Source: Thecamonas trahens ATCC 50062 (lineage: Eukaryota > Protista > Apusomonadida). Taken from it: a stretch of 64,000 nucleotides of DNA. Below the pieces are notes generated by a model. The model was given only the letters and a program-made list of their open reading frames with translations. It made no database searches and was not told the DNA's origin. Below are positions 33,340 through 44,620 of the stretch, piece after piece. The translations under genes were made by a program, and so were the position numbers. The stretch covers positions 1 to 64,000 of the forward strand of contig NW_013657632.1 in NCBI RefSeq assembly GCF_000142905.1, given 5' to 3'. Positions within the stretch are counted from its first letter, which is position 1. Every line of letters starts with the position of its first letter.

Positions 33340-33696
33340 ACTGACCACGACTTGAGCAAGGCAAGACGTAAGAGAGAAGAGCTGCGTGTACCCGTGTAGT
33401 GCGTCTATTGGTGTGCGTGCGTGCGTACACGTCGAGTGTGGTCCATTGGTCCATATTCTGGCCTCTCGCTCCCAACGCCTCGGCCAAGCAAGTAAGCGAG
33501 CCACTTCCCCTCTCCCCCCCTCCCAATCCTCAAAATTTTTATCTGACCCCCCACCCCACCCCCCATCCGCCCACCCGAACCAACCAAACCTACCCACGGG
33601 GGCGGGCTTTGCGCGTGCACCAGGACACAGCCACACCTCACCCCATCCCTCCCTCCCTCCCTCCTCCCCCCCTCCTCTCTCCTCACCCCACCGGGC

Positions 33697-36216
33697 ATGG
33701 CAAAGGCACCTCGCCCGTCTCCGTTCTCTGTGGTGGTCGAGCTGGAGAGCCTGGACACGTTGTATGCCAGTCCGCAAGCCGGAGCGGCTGCCGAAACGGG
33801 TGGCCCGGGCGCATCATCATCACCATCGCCAGGCTGCGCATCATCAGCCGGCTTCCGGCAGTCATCACCTGGTCTGCCACATGGACAGCACTCTGCCATA
33901 TACTCACCTGTCTCGATCCGGAGGAGACAGTCTCCAAGTGCGGCGTATGCAAGCCGAAGCCCACCGCCGCTGCTCGACGCCAACGAGCCGCCGGCCATGG
34001 CCCGTATGCCCGCGCCACCAGCTGGCCCATCGGCTGTCGGAGAAGGCGCTGCAACAAGGTCTCTCGAGTCTTCAGTACAGGGAAAAGCCGCTGTTCTGAG
34101 CGATGTCGACGTCATCGGAGCCCCGCCGCCGCTGCCACCGCCTCCGCCAACCATGGTGCAAAAGCTGCAGGAGATGGTCACGCTGTTCTCCTGGAGCCCC
34201 GGCGGCGAGGTCAAGGCCAACATCACGCTCCAGATGACCGTTCTCTACGTTCTCTTTGTGGCCATCCTGCTCTCAGCCGAGATCTTTGGCTGGGCGCCAC
34301 ACATCCGGTTCTTTAACCTCGTCCCGCTCGCCTTTGTCTCGCTCGTTGTCCTCGAGCTCAGCAATGTTATCGCCACCCTCTTCCCCGATAACTCGTACCA
34401 TCAGTACCTGCACTTGCTGCCGCTGGGCATCATTGTCGTTATCTTCCGCGAGGCGCACATGGTTTGCGCTGTCATCTTCTTTTCAGCCTCGTCGATCATC
34501 TTTATGCAGGTCGGCGACGAGCGGTCGTCGGGCGTTGGGCGGGTCGGCGGCTACACTCTGTGCTGCCTCATTGTCTACCTCTCGGCTGTCCTCTTCTCGT
34601 CGCAGTTCTATACCGACGTCCACGGCACGTCTTTTACCACTGGCCGCGTCCTCTCGCCGCCCATCCATTGGGGTGAAGAGTTTACCTTTTGCGTCTGCGT
34701 GGCGCTCCTCGGCTTGGCTCTCCTCGCCACAACCCGCTTTGTCCACCTCTTTGCGCGATCGGTCGCCTCGCACCAAGAAGAGGTCTCCATGCTCCGTGCT
34801 GAGCTTGACTCGTTCACTTCACACGCCGTCCAAGTCGACACCCCTATCTCGCGCGTCCTTGCTCTCCTCACCAAGGTTCGCGACGAGGCCCGGCCGATCG
34901 GAGCCGACCACCTCCGGGCTTCGCGGGCTGAGCTTGCCCACCGCCTTGCCATTGTTCGCCAGGTCAACGAAGCGCTCGCTATTCTCTCTGCCGGTGCACT
35001 GTACCAGCCCGAGATCCGTGGCGGTGCGGACACCGCTGTCTCGTCGTGGGTCATGGAGACGACCGAGATGACCGGCCACGCCGCCAATGGCTACTCGACC
35101 GACGGCTCCGAGACGCCGTCAAACGCCACCGAGTCGGGCCTCCCGCTCACCGCGCCCGAGCTGTGGCAAGTTCTTGTGTCGTTTGCCGACGACCTCGATC
35201 CGGTCGCCGCCTCCATGCCTAAGCTCATGGACATGCTCGACTCGTGGACCATGGACATCTTTGAGTTTACCGAGCTCGCCTCGGGTCATCCGGTGGTCTT
35301 TATGGGCATGCTTCTCCTTCACAAGAACGATGCGTTTGCCAACTTTCGCATCGACGAGCGCAAGGCGCTCCGCTTCCTCTCCACCATCGAGTCCGGCTAC
35401 GTCGCCAGCAATCCCTACCACAACGCCATCCACGCTGCCGACGTCGCGCACGCCTTTCACGTGTGGACCACCCTCGGCGGTGTCGGCTACTTCCTCTCCT
35501 CGCTGGAGATCTTTGCTGGCATCATTGCCTGCCTTGTACACGACTTTGGCCACCCGGGCGTCAACAACAACTTCCTCATTGCTGTCTCCTCACCACTGGC
35601 CATCCGCTACAATGACTCTTCGGTTCTCGAGTCGCACCACTGCGCCGCGGCATACACATTGCTCCAGGATCCGGCACTCAACATCCTCTCAAACCTTACG
35701 TCCAAGCAACGAACCTCGGTCCGTTCGGTCGTCACCACCATGATCCTCGCCACCGACATGGCGAAGCACTTTGAGCTCCTCTCCAAGTTCAACGCCCAGC
35801 TCACCGGACTCAAGGCCGAGGCCGCCGCGGGTTCGTTCGACTCGAACGACTCCAAAGCTCTTGTTCTCCGCCTCGTCGTCAAGTGCTGCGACATCTCCAA
35901 TCCAGCCAAGCCTTGGCACATCGCCTCCAACTGGTCCGGCCGCGTCATGGAAGAGTCGTTCCGCCAGGGCGATCGCGAGCGCGCTGCAGGCATGCGCGTC
36001 TCCACCTTTATGGATCGGTCTGCTCCGGTCCTCGAGGTCTACAAGGCCCAGGTCGGGTTTATCGAGATCTTTGTCCGCCCGCTGTACGAGGCCGTCACTG
36101 CCCTCTTCCCCGACATGGCCTCGGCCTGCTCGCACATCGATGCCAACCACGCCATGTGGGAGGCCAAGAAGAACACTGCTGCCACAGAAGCTGCCCTCGC
36201 CGCCAGCCAGACATAA
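33697..36216 (+). CDS. Class I cyclic nucleotide phosphodiesterase with ~6 N-terminal TM helices
   Basis: NPYHNAIHAADV, HDFGHPGVNNNF, LESHH, ATDM, KCCDISNPAK, EESFRQGDRE, QVGFI; hydrophobic block at ~34230-34760. Confidence 0.93.
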   Translation: MAKAPRPSPFSVVVELESLDTLYASPQAGAAAETGGPGASSSPSPGCASSAGFRQSSPGLPHGQHSAIYSPVSIRRRQSPSAAYASRSPPPLLDANEPPAMARMPAPPAGPSAVGEGAATRSLESSVQGKAAVLSDVDVIGAPPPLPPPPPTMVQKLQEMVTLFSWSPGGEVKANITLQMTVLYVLFVAILLSAEIFGWAPHIRFFNLVPLAFVSLVVLELSNVIATLFPDNSYHQYLHLLPLGIIVVIFREAHMVCAVIFFSASSIIFMQVGDERSSGVGRVGGYTLCCLIVYLSAVLFSSQFYTDVHGTSFTTGRVLSPPIHWGEEFTFCVCVALLGLALLATTRFVHLFARSVASHQEEVSMLRAELDSFTSHAVQVDTPISRVLALLTKVRDEARPIGADHLRASRAELAHRLAIVRQVNEALAILSAGALYQPEIRGGADTAVSSWVMETTEMTGHAANGYSTDGSETPSNATESGLPLTAPELWQVLVSFADDLDPVAASMPKLMDMLDSWTMDIFEFTELASGHPVVFMGMLLLHKNDAFANFRIDERKALRFLSTIESGYVASNPYHNAIHAADVAHAFHVWTTLGGVGYFLSSLEIFAGIIACLVHDFGHPGVNNNFLIAVSSPLAIRYNDSSVLESHHCAAAYTLLQDPALNILSNLTSKQRTSVRSVVTTMILATDMAKHFELLSKFNAQLTGLKAEAAAGSFDSNDSKALVLRLVVKCCDISNPAKPWHIASNWSGRVMEESFRQGDRERAAGMRVSTFMDRSAPVLEVYKAQVGFIEIFVRPLYEAVTALFPDMASACSHIDANHAMWEAKKNTAATEAALAASQT

Positions 36217-36232
36217 CACCCCTCGTCTCTCG

Positions 36233-39200
36233 CTACGGCCGAAAGCCCTGCAGCTGCGCCACTTTGGCCTCCCAGTGCGCCTGCCACTTGACAAGCGTTG
36301 CCTTGAGCTCATCGTTCGACTCGTGGACGTGCTTGAGCACCTCGCGAAAGTCGCCCACAAACTGCGCACTCACAGAGTTGCGCTCGCCTACCACCGCAGA
36401 CACAAACTCCGACTCAACCGCTCGCGCGTACATCTTCTCCACCATTGCGATGTCAAACGGGTCGTCCGCCGTCGACAGCGCACGCGCCACAGCCTCTTCT
36501 GCCGTTCGCACGGGTTCGGCCTCGCCTGCTCCACCAACTGCTTCGTCGCCGCCGCCTGGCAGCCCGCCACCCGGCGACGCCCCGCCTGGTGTACCGAGCC
36601 CGCGCCGCCCGGAGCGCTTACCCTGTCGCGACGCCATCCGCGAGCTCGACCGCCGGCCCTCTAGCCGCGAGCCGGCACGCGAGCCGGCGCGCGAGCTCGA
36701 CCGCGAGCCCGACCGCAGCGCTGCCGCCCGCGGCGAGACTCTGAGCGCGCTGGATCGCGACTCGACGGTTCCGAGTGAGAGCGAGAAGTGCCGCTCACCT
36801 GCCAGCTGTCCTCCTGGACTCCTGCTTCCAGGCTGCGATGTAGAAAGGACATCGGATGCAGCCTGAGTGGCAGGTTTTTCGCCACGGACGATGCCGCTCG
36901 CCACAAGGCCGTCAAAGTCAAGGACACTAGTGCTGAGCAGAGGGACTTCAGTCGTCGATCGCATCCGCAGACTGTCCGGGCCTGATGTAGTCGATCGTTC
37001 AGCCTCGGTCGCAGTCACGTTCGAGCTTGGATGACCTCCACTCCTCCGCGAGCGCCGCGAGCTCCCACTCGAGATCCCGCCAGCCCGCCCACTACCAGCC
37101 GATGCGCCACTAGTCTCCGCTTCAGCGTGCGACTTGCGGCGCGACGGCCGCCGTGTCAGCTTGCGCCGTTCGCGCTTCTGCCGCGCCACCATCAGCTCGC
37201 GGAGCGAGCGGTGGTTTGTCCGCATCTGCGCCAGCACAGGTGCGCGGACGCAGTCCTCGTCGGTAATGAGGGCGTCGGCGAGCGCGAGCAAAATGAGCGT
37301 CGCGTTATTGCTCTCCCCGACAAACCGCAGGCCGATCTTGACCTCTCTTCGCTGCGCCTCGATGCCGGCGGCAGCAATGGCTGCCATCAGCTCCTTACAT
37401 CGCTTGTGCTCGGCGGCGTGAAGCGCAGCAAGCTCACTACGCCGGTTGGGATGCGCGAGGACCGGGCGCAGAGCGTTGGCATGCTCGCGCTGCGCCTCCT
37501 CCGATTCGCGCAGCTCGACAGCGAGCCCGGCGGCGGTGCCCTCTTTGGCAGCCTCGGCCGAGAGCAGCATGTGCGCCCGAATGTCCGCATAGACCATCGG
37601 CGGAATGGCCGAGAACAGGGTCTGTACCGACGACGCCACCGTGCGGAAGCCGTCGAGTGATGCTTGCCGGAACGTTTCGGAGCTCGCCACCAGCTTGCCC
37701 AGCTCGGCATTGACCTCTTGCTGCGCCTCCTCCTCGGTAGCTGCAATCGACGCTTCGCGCGTCAGCGTCGTTGCGTCGAGCGTGGCGTAGTAGTCGGCTA
37801 CAAGAGCAAATAACCGCTCGCGCCCTTGCGCAATGTACGCATCGATGCGGTCCCGGAACTTGTTGTCGAGCCCAGCCATGTCAAAGCTCATGTCGCCCGG
37901 CCGCAACGGCTTCTTTTTCTCGTCCCCGGTCTCGTCACCACTTCCAGCGTTCCCGGTTGCTCCGTTTCCGCTTCCACCGGCACTGCTGCGCTCGTCAGCT
38001 GGCTCGCCGGCTTGCCCCGTGCCGCGTCGACCCGCGCCCGAGCGAGCACTTCCGATGCGAGCACCGCGCCGACCTTGCCGTGCCCGTGCCGTTCCGCTTG
38101 TGTTGCTCCCAGTCGCCTCGCGAGCCGGCCTGCGGACTCGCGGGGAGGCACCGCTGACTGAAGACCGCGCCGACGACATCGGCTCGGGCAGGGACGCCGG
38201 GGGTGTGCCATCAACCTCGTCGGAAGCCGACGGCTCTGGTTGCAGCCACGGTGGGATGGCGAGGATGTGGTCCTCAGCGTCAGGCGACGGCTCCTGCATG
38301 ACAGCCACCATCGACTTTGCGCCGAGCGCCGCCCGGACGGCGTCGGTGGTAAGGCCTGGCGGAAGGAGCACGTCGGTGACAAGAGCATCGAGGTACTTGC
38401 CGCGCGCATGAAGCAGAGAGAGCACCTTGTGGAGCTGAAGCAAGAGGCGGGTGGCCAGTGGTGGCGTGCCGGCCTTGAACGACTTGGCCGCATCGGTCGA
38501 GGCATCGACCTTGATGATTGCATGCAGCTTACCGAGGGCCACCCGGATGTCCTCGTCCGCCTTGTCCGAGCCGGCCTGTTCTGCACGGATGGCCATGTTG
38601 ACCGAGCCGAGCATGAGCGAGAGCTGCGCGAGGAATGTGGTGTCGCGGACATGGTCCTTGAGCGCCTCATCAAAGCTAGCAACACTTGCGGTCAGGCGAC
38701 TCTCTTGCTCGGTCCGCGCCTTGTGAAGTGCCTCAACCTGGGCTGCGTGGCGAGTCTTGAGCCACGCCTCGAGCTTGCCCAGCTTAGCCTGGACGCCTCG
38801 GATCTCGTCGGCGTGGTAGCTGGCCTTGTTGCGCCCGAGAGCGTCTGACGACGCCGAGGCCACGAGCGCCAGCGATGGCCCGACCGCTGATGCCCCGCCG
38901 CCAGCCAGCGAGCCGACAGCGTCGCTGAAACGAACGTTGGCCATCAGAGCCGCCTCGTGCGACTTGGCCAAACCGGTCACAGCCTGCGCGACGGTAGTCT
39001 CGAGCGCAGCCACCGCTGCCGCCGCGCGACCGCGGACCTCGCGCTGGTAGTACTCGAGCGAAGCCGTGCTCGATGCCGAGCCAAGCACCTCCTGCTTCTC
39101 CGAGACATAGGCTGCAAAGCCGTCGGCGGTGGCCTTCATGGCGGAAACGGCATCCGACATGTGGCTATCGTCACCGAGTGCACGCTTCTGGATGCCCTCC

Positions 39201-42200
39201 ACATGCCGCTCGAGCCGCACGTTATTGGCCTGCAGCTCGACAGCGCGGACGTGGGCAACGTCCAGCTCGATGCGATCCTTGCGCGGGCGGTGGAAACGGA
39301 GAAATTCGTCAAGCTGCGCGGCATGCCTCGCCGCACGCTTCTCTACATACTCGGCCACTGCCGCGGACTCGGCCGCCTGCCACTCGCCGAGATGAGTCAT
39401 GAACGCCCGCCGGAGCTGCTCTTGCAGGAACCGCACCACTGGCGTTGGCGACTTGAGCTCATGAACAACAGGCTTGCCGTCGGCGTCAACCAACATCCGG
39501 CCGCGCCGCACCACTAGCGCTCTCTCGTTGACTTTGGCCTCGGCGCCGTTGGATGCACTCGTGTCCGACGCGACGCTTTCTCGCCCCGAGCGAGCGCCCG
39601 ACGCAGAACGCGGGCTAGATGCCGCGACAGGCATGAGGACAGAGAGAGGAACGGCACCTGTCTCAAGAGCATGCGCCATCCACTCGGGGGCAGACGCCAG
39701 CCGCGCTGAGATCTCTGAATCGATGTGGGCCGAGAGCTGTGGGTCGAGAAAGGCTGTGAGCCACTCCCAGGCCGCTTTCCGCTGCGAGGCCTCAGCCTCG
39801 CCTGCAGCAGCAGCAGCCTTGGCGTCGTCATCACCGGCGGTCGACGCCACTGATCGCGGGCGAGACCGCGACGGCGTGGCCTTGGACGTCCTGCTTGGCG
39901 ACGCGCCCGACTCGCGCGATGGCGTGGCCTTGCCCTTGCGCGCGCGCGACTTGGAGCCCTCACGGGCATCGCTTGTCTCACGGGTCTTGTTTCCCGCACT
40001 TGTCGGTGTGCCTGGCCCACTGCGGCGGCCCCGTACAGGTGTCCGGTTCGTCCGCGCCGGGCTTGCCTCAATCGACTCACTCTCGACGAGAAGCGCGGTG
40101 GTGTACACTTCAAAGTGCCTCGGCGGGAGGACAACAAACTGGTCACCGGCCTTGGTGGTGACGACGTGGACATCCTCTGCCACGCCGCGCTTTTCAAGCA
40201 TCGAATCCAGTGGCTGCTCGGTCGGCTGGAGGAGGTCGCCAAACAAGGCCCTGACGCTCGCGGCAGCCGCTGCAGCAGTTGAGTGAGAGCCCGACGAAGC
40301 ACGTTCGCTGCGGTCTGGGCGCTTCGAGCGGGCTGGTGACGGGGACGGCTGCGGCGCAGGAGATGGCTCCGCCGGCAACGCCAGGGCCTTGACAAGGGCG
40401 TCGCGCATTGGCCGAAGCGGCGACGATTGCGGCGCAGAGACGACGAGAGCCAGTTGGAGAGCAGTCAATTGTTCCGCTTCGGCTGCCTCGGCTGGTTCAG
40501 GCGCAACAGTGCAAAAGGCAGAGGGCAGCGATGCGAGTGACTTGTCAGCCGCCGACCCAGAGCCACTGCTGTTGCTCCCGCTCGCCCGCTTGTTGGTGGC
40601 CGGGGTGCTTGGGGTGCGCGAAAGCGCCTTGGGGGCATGTGGAAAGGCAACAAGGCCGCGAGCTGCGAGCCAGACCTCGTACTCGCGACGCGGGACGAGG
40701 CAGAACATGGCGCGCACTCCAGTGCTGTACGTCTCCAATGCCAAAGTGATGGTCGAGGCGTGGGCGTCGAGTCGTTTGGCGACAGCATCAGTGAGCTCGC
40801 GGTGCTGGGTCTCGAGAGAGTTGAGTGCCTGCAGTGCAAGCGTCAGCTTCTCCATGAGATCGTCGTGGTTTGGGCGACGCGGAGCTGGTCGATGACGTCT
40901 GTGAGGGCGGTTTCGAGGGCATCAACCTTGGCGACGTGCGCGTCGTGCAAGCTGTCAATGTCCCGCTCGACAGCAGCCTTGGCGGCAGCTACGGCGGCAG
41001 CGTGCCCGTCCCAGAGCGCGACGGCCGCGCCCACGTACTGAAACAGGCCGTGGGCCGAGAGCGCAAGGTCGGCCATGGCGTCGTGGAGGACGGCATGAAG
41101 GAGGGCGAGAAGGCCGGCACGCTGGCCAGCACGCTGGGCAAGCCGCGGCTCGGCGACTGCACGAACCTGGGCATCGACCTCGGGCGAGTAGCTACCGGCA
41201 ACAATAGCCAGCTCGTCACCGAGCTGAGCGGCGGCGGTGTCGGCGTCGGCCTGGATGGCGGCATCGAGGGCAAGGACCTGGCCGAGGCGGGTGGCGTGGG
41301 TGGCAGCCAACGCGGCCAGCGCGCGGCCAAGGTCACGGGCAAAGGCGTCAGCATCGGCGGTGGTCAGAGCGGGGGGCTGGAAGCTGATAATGCGGTGGAT
41401 GACCTCGACAAGAGCGCGATACGACTCGCCCTGATCGACAATGAGCTCGTCAAAGAGCTTGCGCAGCTGTGGGGGTTGCAATGGCGTCGGCGTCAAGAGC
41501 GGCGTGAAAGGCAGCGCGGGCGTGCTCGCCGCGGCGGGCGTGCCACTCGTCCATGCGCTGAGCAACAAGAGCGTCGCGCTCGCGGGCGGCAGCCAGCTCG
41601 GAAGCCTCGAACCGGGCCTCGAATGCGAGCAGCGCATGCTCCGAGGCGACAGCTTGCAGATTGAGCTTGTGAGCGCGCTCCTTGCAGAGCCGCTCGACGT
41701 CGTTGGGCAGGACATGGGCAATGTCGATGAGCTGCGGAGCGTACGAGGCAAGCAACGCCTCTAGCGCGGATGAGTGCTGAGCGAGGCTCTCGCGCATGGC
41801 CGTGGTGGTCATGGCAGCCTGGTGCCGACGCTTGGCAGTGAGCGCGCGGTAGGTCTCAGCCAGCCGCTCGACTTGGATTTTGGGTAGGGTGGCAAGCTCA
41901 GATGAGCAGAGTTTGTCGCGGTCTGCGGCAACGCGCGCGTCGTCGGCGTCGAGCTCGGCCTTGAACGTCCGCGCCAGGCGGTCCATGTCGGCGGTCAGCT
42001 CGGCGGTCTTGGCATCGAGTTCGGCATCGAGCTTGCGGAGCAAGTCGTGGTGACGGGTGGCGCGGGCCTCGAGCATGGCGGCGACGCGGAGCGATGCTGA
42101 CGAGCCATGGGGCTCGGCCGGAGTGACGACGTGCGGAAGGCCGCGGACCTCGCCCTTCTCCAAGAAGTTGGGATCATCGACGGCGTCTTCTGCGGCCCGG

Positions 42201-42628
42201 CGCGAGGCCGACTCTTGGACCGCTCGGCGGCGCTTGGTCGTCTCTGTCGCCGCCGAGTATGCCCAAGACGTGGCGTGGCCCGACGCCCGCGCAGGCCTAC
42301 CCGAGCCAGAGCGCGCTGACCTGCTGCGGGCCGACCGCGTCAGCTCGGCGTTGGTGGCAGTGGCGCGGGCGGAGGCCTTGCGCCGCTTGCGAGAAAAGGT
42401 AGCGGCCGGCTGTGAGCGACCAGAGCGAGTAGCAGCAGCTAGCTTTCCGGGCCCAGCCGCCAAGGCATGCGCCAGCTGCGAGGTAGCCTCAAAGGCGAGC
42501 GGCGGCGGCGGCGACCGAGGCGGCGACGGCGGTTGGTGGTCGATGTGTGGGAGGGCAGGCGGGGAGCCTGGTGACAGCTCTCCCGACGAGTCATGTCGCG
42601 GCACCGTAGCAGTGGTAGACCCTGACAT
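36233..42628 (-). CDS. CCDC180: CCDC180-like (DUF4455/DUF4456) flagellar coiled-coil protein, split by two frame breaks (~41473, ~40872)
   Basis: Three overlapping coiled-coil ORFs; LIDIAHVLPNDVERL, LRFHRPRKDRIELDVAHVRAVEL and LRPVLAHPNRRSELAAL match family motifs as recalled. Confidence 0.7.
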
Positions 42629-43469
42629 GTGTGTATGCGGGAGTGGGGTTGGTGGGGGGTAGGGGCGGTAGTGGGGTGTGTGGCCAGTAGTCAGTGTTGG
42701 AGGGGAAGCCGTGGTCGGTGGACAATAGCGGCCAGTGGCAGAGTTGGCCGGCGGCCGGCGGGCGGTTGGCAGGTGACGGGTGGAGCCGGCGGCGGGCGAC
42801 GGACGACGCAACGGGCGGGTAGGCGAGGGGGAGCCGAGTTCGGATGGGGCTTGGTTGTTTGTTGTAGGCGGCGGCGGTGGTCAACCTGGCGGGGTTGTAC
42901 ACCTCTCTTGGCTGTTGGAAGAAGAGGAGAAGGTAACAAGAAAGGGTATGTTAAGTAGGCAGGGAGTGGAACAGGGAGTGCGGAGGGGGGGGGGGAGGGA
43001 GAGAGGGAGGGGGGAGGGAGGGGCGTAGTGCGGGGGGTGAGGGTGGGCGCGTGAGGGTGGGGGGAAGGGGTGACTGGGTCATGTCAGGGGAGGTGCGAGA
43101 GGCGGGCATGGAGGGGGGGACGGGCAAGTATAGGAGGTATGGTGGGAACGGGCGTGGTGCGAGGAAGGCTGAGTGTAGCAGTGGTGGTGTCTATACGGGC
43201 CGGCTAAGTGTAGCGGTGGTGGTGGTGTCTGTGCGCATGCGGCGGTGTTTGTATTGGGGGGGGGGAAGGGGAGAGGGAGGGGGGGGGGGGGGGGGGGCGG
43301 TGTGTGTCCGTGCGTGAAAAAGTTCGGCTGAAGTTTCCGATTCCCCGCATCTGTCACAGGCGGCAGGACTAACGATGTGTGTGTGTGGTTGTTTGTGTGT
43401 GGGGTGCGGGGTGCTCGGTGCTCGGTGCGGAAAATGGCGCGTGCGTTGTGCTGGTGCTTGGAGGAGCAG

Positions 43470-44582
43470 ATGAGCGAGACCAACTCGTTCATGGTGTGCG
43501 GAAGCCGTTTCGACATCTCGGTCAACTATGCGCTGATTAAGCCGATCGGGCAGGGAGCGTACGGCATTGTGTGCGCGGCCAAGGACGTGACGGACGGAAA
43601 CAAAGTGGCGATCAAGAAGGTGGGCAAGGTGTTCGACCATGAGACAGACGCGAAGCGAACGCTCCGCGAGGTCAAGATTCTGCGGCACTTTGACCACGAG
43701 AACATCATTGCACTGTACGATTTGATGCCGCCGCCGTCGCGCGAGGCATTTGAGGACCTGTACATGGTGACCGAGCTGATGGACACCGACCTGCACCAGA
43801 TCATCGGCTCGAACCAGCCGCTGTCCGAGGAGCATGCGCAGTACTTTGTGTACCAGATCCTCCGCGGACTCAAGTACATCCACTCTGCGCACGTCCTCCA
43901 CCGCGATCTGAAGCCATCGAACCTGCTGGTCAACGCCAACTGTGACCTCAAGATCTGCGACTTTGGCCTTGCGCGAGTGGCGGATCCTGACGAGAACCAT
44001 GCCGGGTTTATGACCGAGTACGTGGCGACACGGTGGTACCGGGCACCGGAGATCATGCTCTCGTGGAAGCAGTACACCAAGGCGGTCGACCTGTGGTCGG
44101 TCGGCTGCATCTTTGCCGAGCTCCTGCAGCGCCGCCCGCTTCTTCCAGGCCGTGACTACATCGACCAGATTACCAAGATCATCGACCTGCTCGGCACGCC
44201 TTCGGAGGACGACATTGCCGCTATCCAGTCGGACAAGGCGCGCCGGTATGTCAAGTCGCTGCCGCACCGCGAGCTTATTCCGTTTGCACAGCAGTTCCCC
44301 GACGCCTCGCCCGAGGCGCTTGACCTGCTCCAGGGCCTGCTGACCTTTAACCCTGCCAAGCGTCTGACCGTTGAGGAGGCGCTGGCCCATCCGTACCTCG
44401 CCGCACTCCACGATCCCGACGACGAGCCGTCAGCCGAGGCCATCTTTGACTTTGCCTTTGAGCGCGAGCAGCTCAACAAGGAGCGCCTCCGCGACCTTCT
44501 CTTTGAAGAGATCTGCGCTCACCACCCTGAGATTGCCGAGGGCCAGAGCGCCAACGGTATGGCCACCATGGACATGGAGTAG
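43470..44582 (+). CDS. Mitogen-activated protein kinase, TEY type
   Basis: IGQGAYGIVC, DAKRTLREVKILRH, HRDLKPSNLL, DFGLAR, MTEYVATRWYRAPE, HPYL...HDPDDEP; ATG directly after a CAG acceptor with GACTAAC upstream (likely 5' intron). Confidence 0.95.
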   Translation: MSETNSFMVCGSRFDISVNYALIKPIGQGAYGIVCAAKDVTDGNKVAIKKVGKVFDHETDAKRTLREVKILRHFDHENIIALYDLMPPPSREAFEDLYMVTELMDTDLHQIIGSNQPLSEEHAQYFVYQILRGLKYIHSAHVLHRDLKPSNLLVNANCDLKICDFGLARVADPDENHAGFMTEYVATRWYRAPEIMLSWKQYTKAVDLWSVGCIFAELLQRRPLLPGRDYIDQITKIIDLLGTPSEDDIAAIQSDKARRYVKSLPHRELIPFAQQFPDASPEALDLLQGLLTFNPAKRLTVEEALAHPYLAALHDPDDEPSAEAIFDFAFEREQLNKERLRDLLFEEICAHHPEIAEGQSANGMATMDME

Positions 44583-44620
44583 CCAATTGCATGTTAATTC
44601 CTCACTTGTCACGCTCTTGG

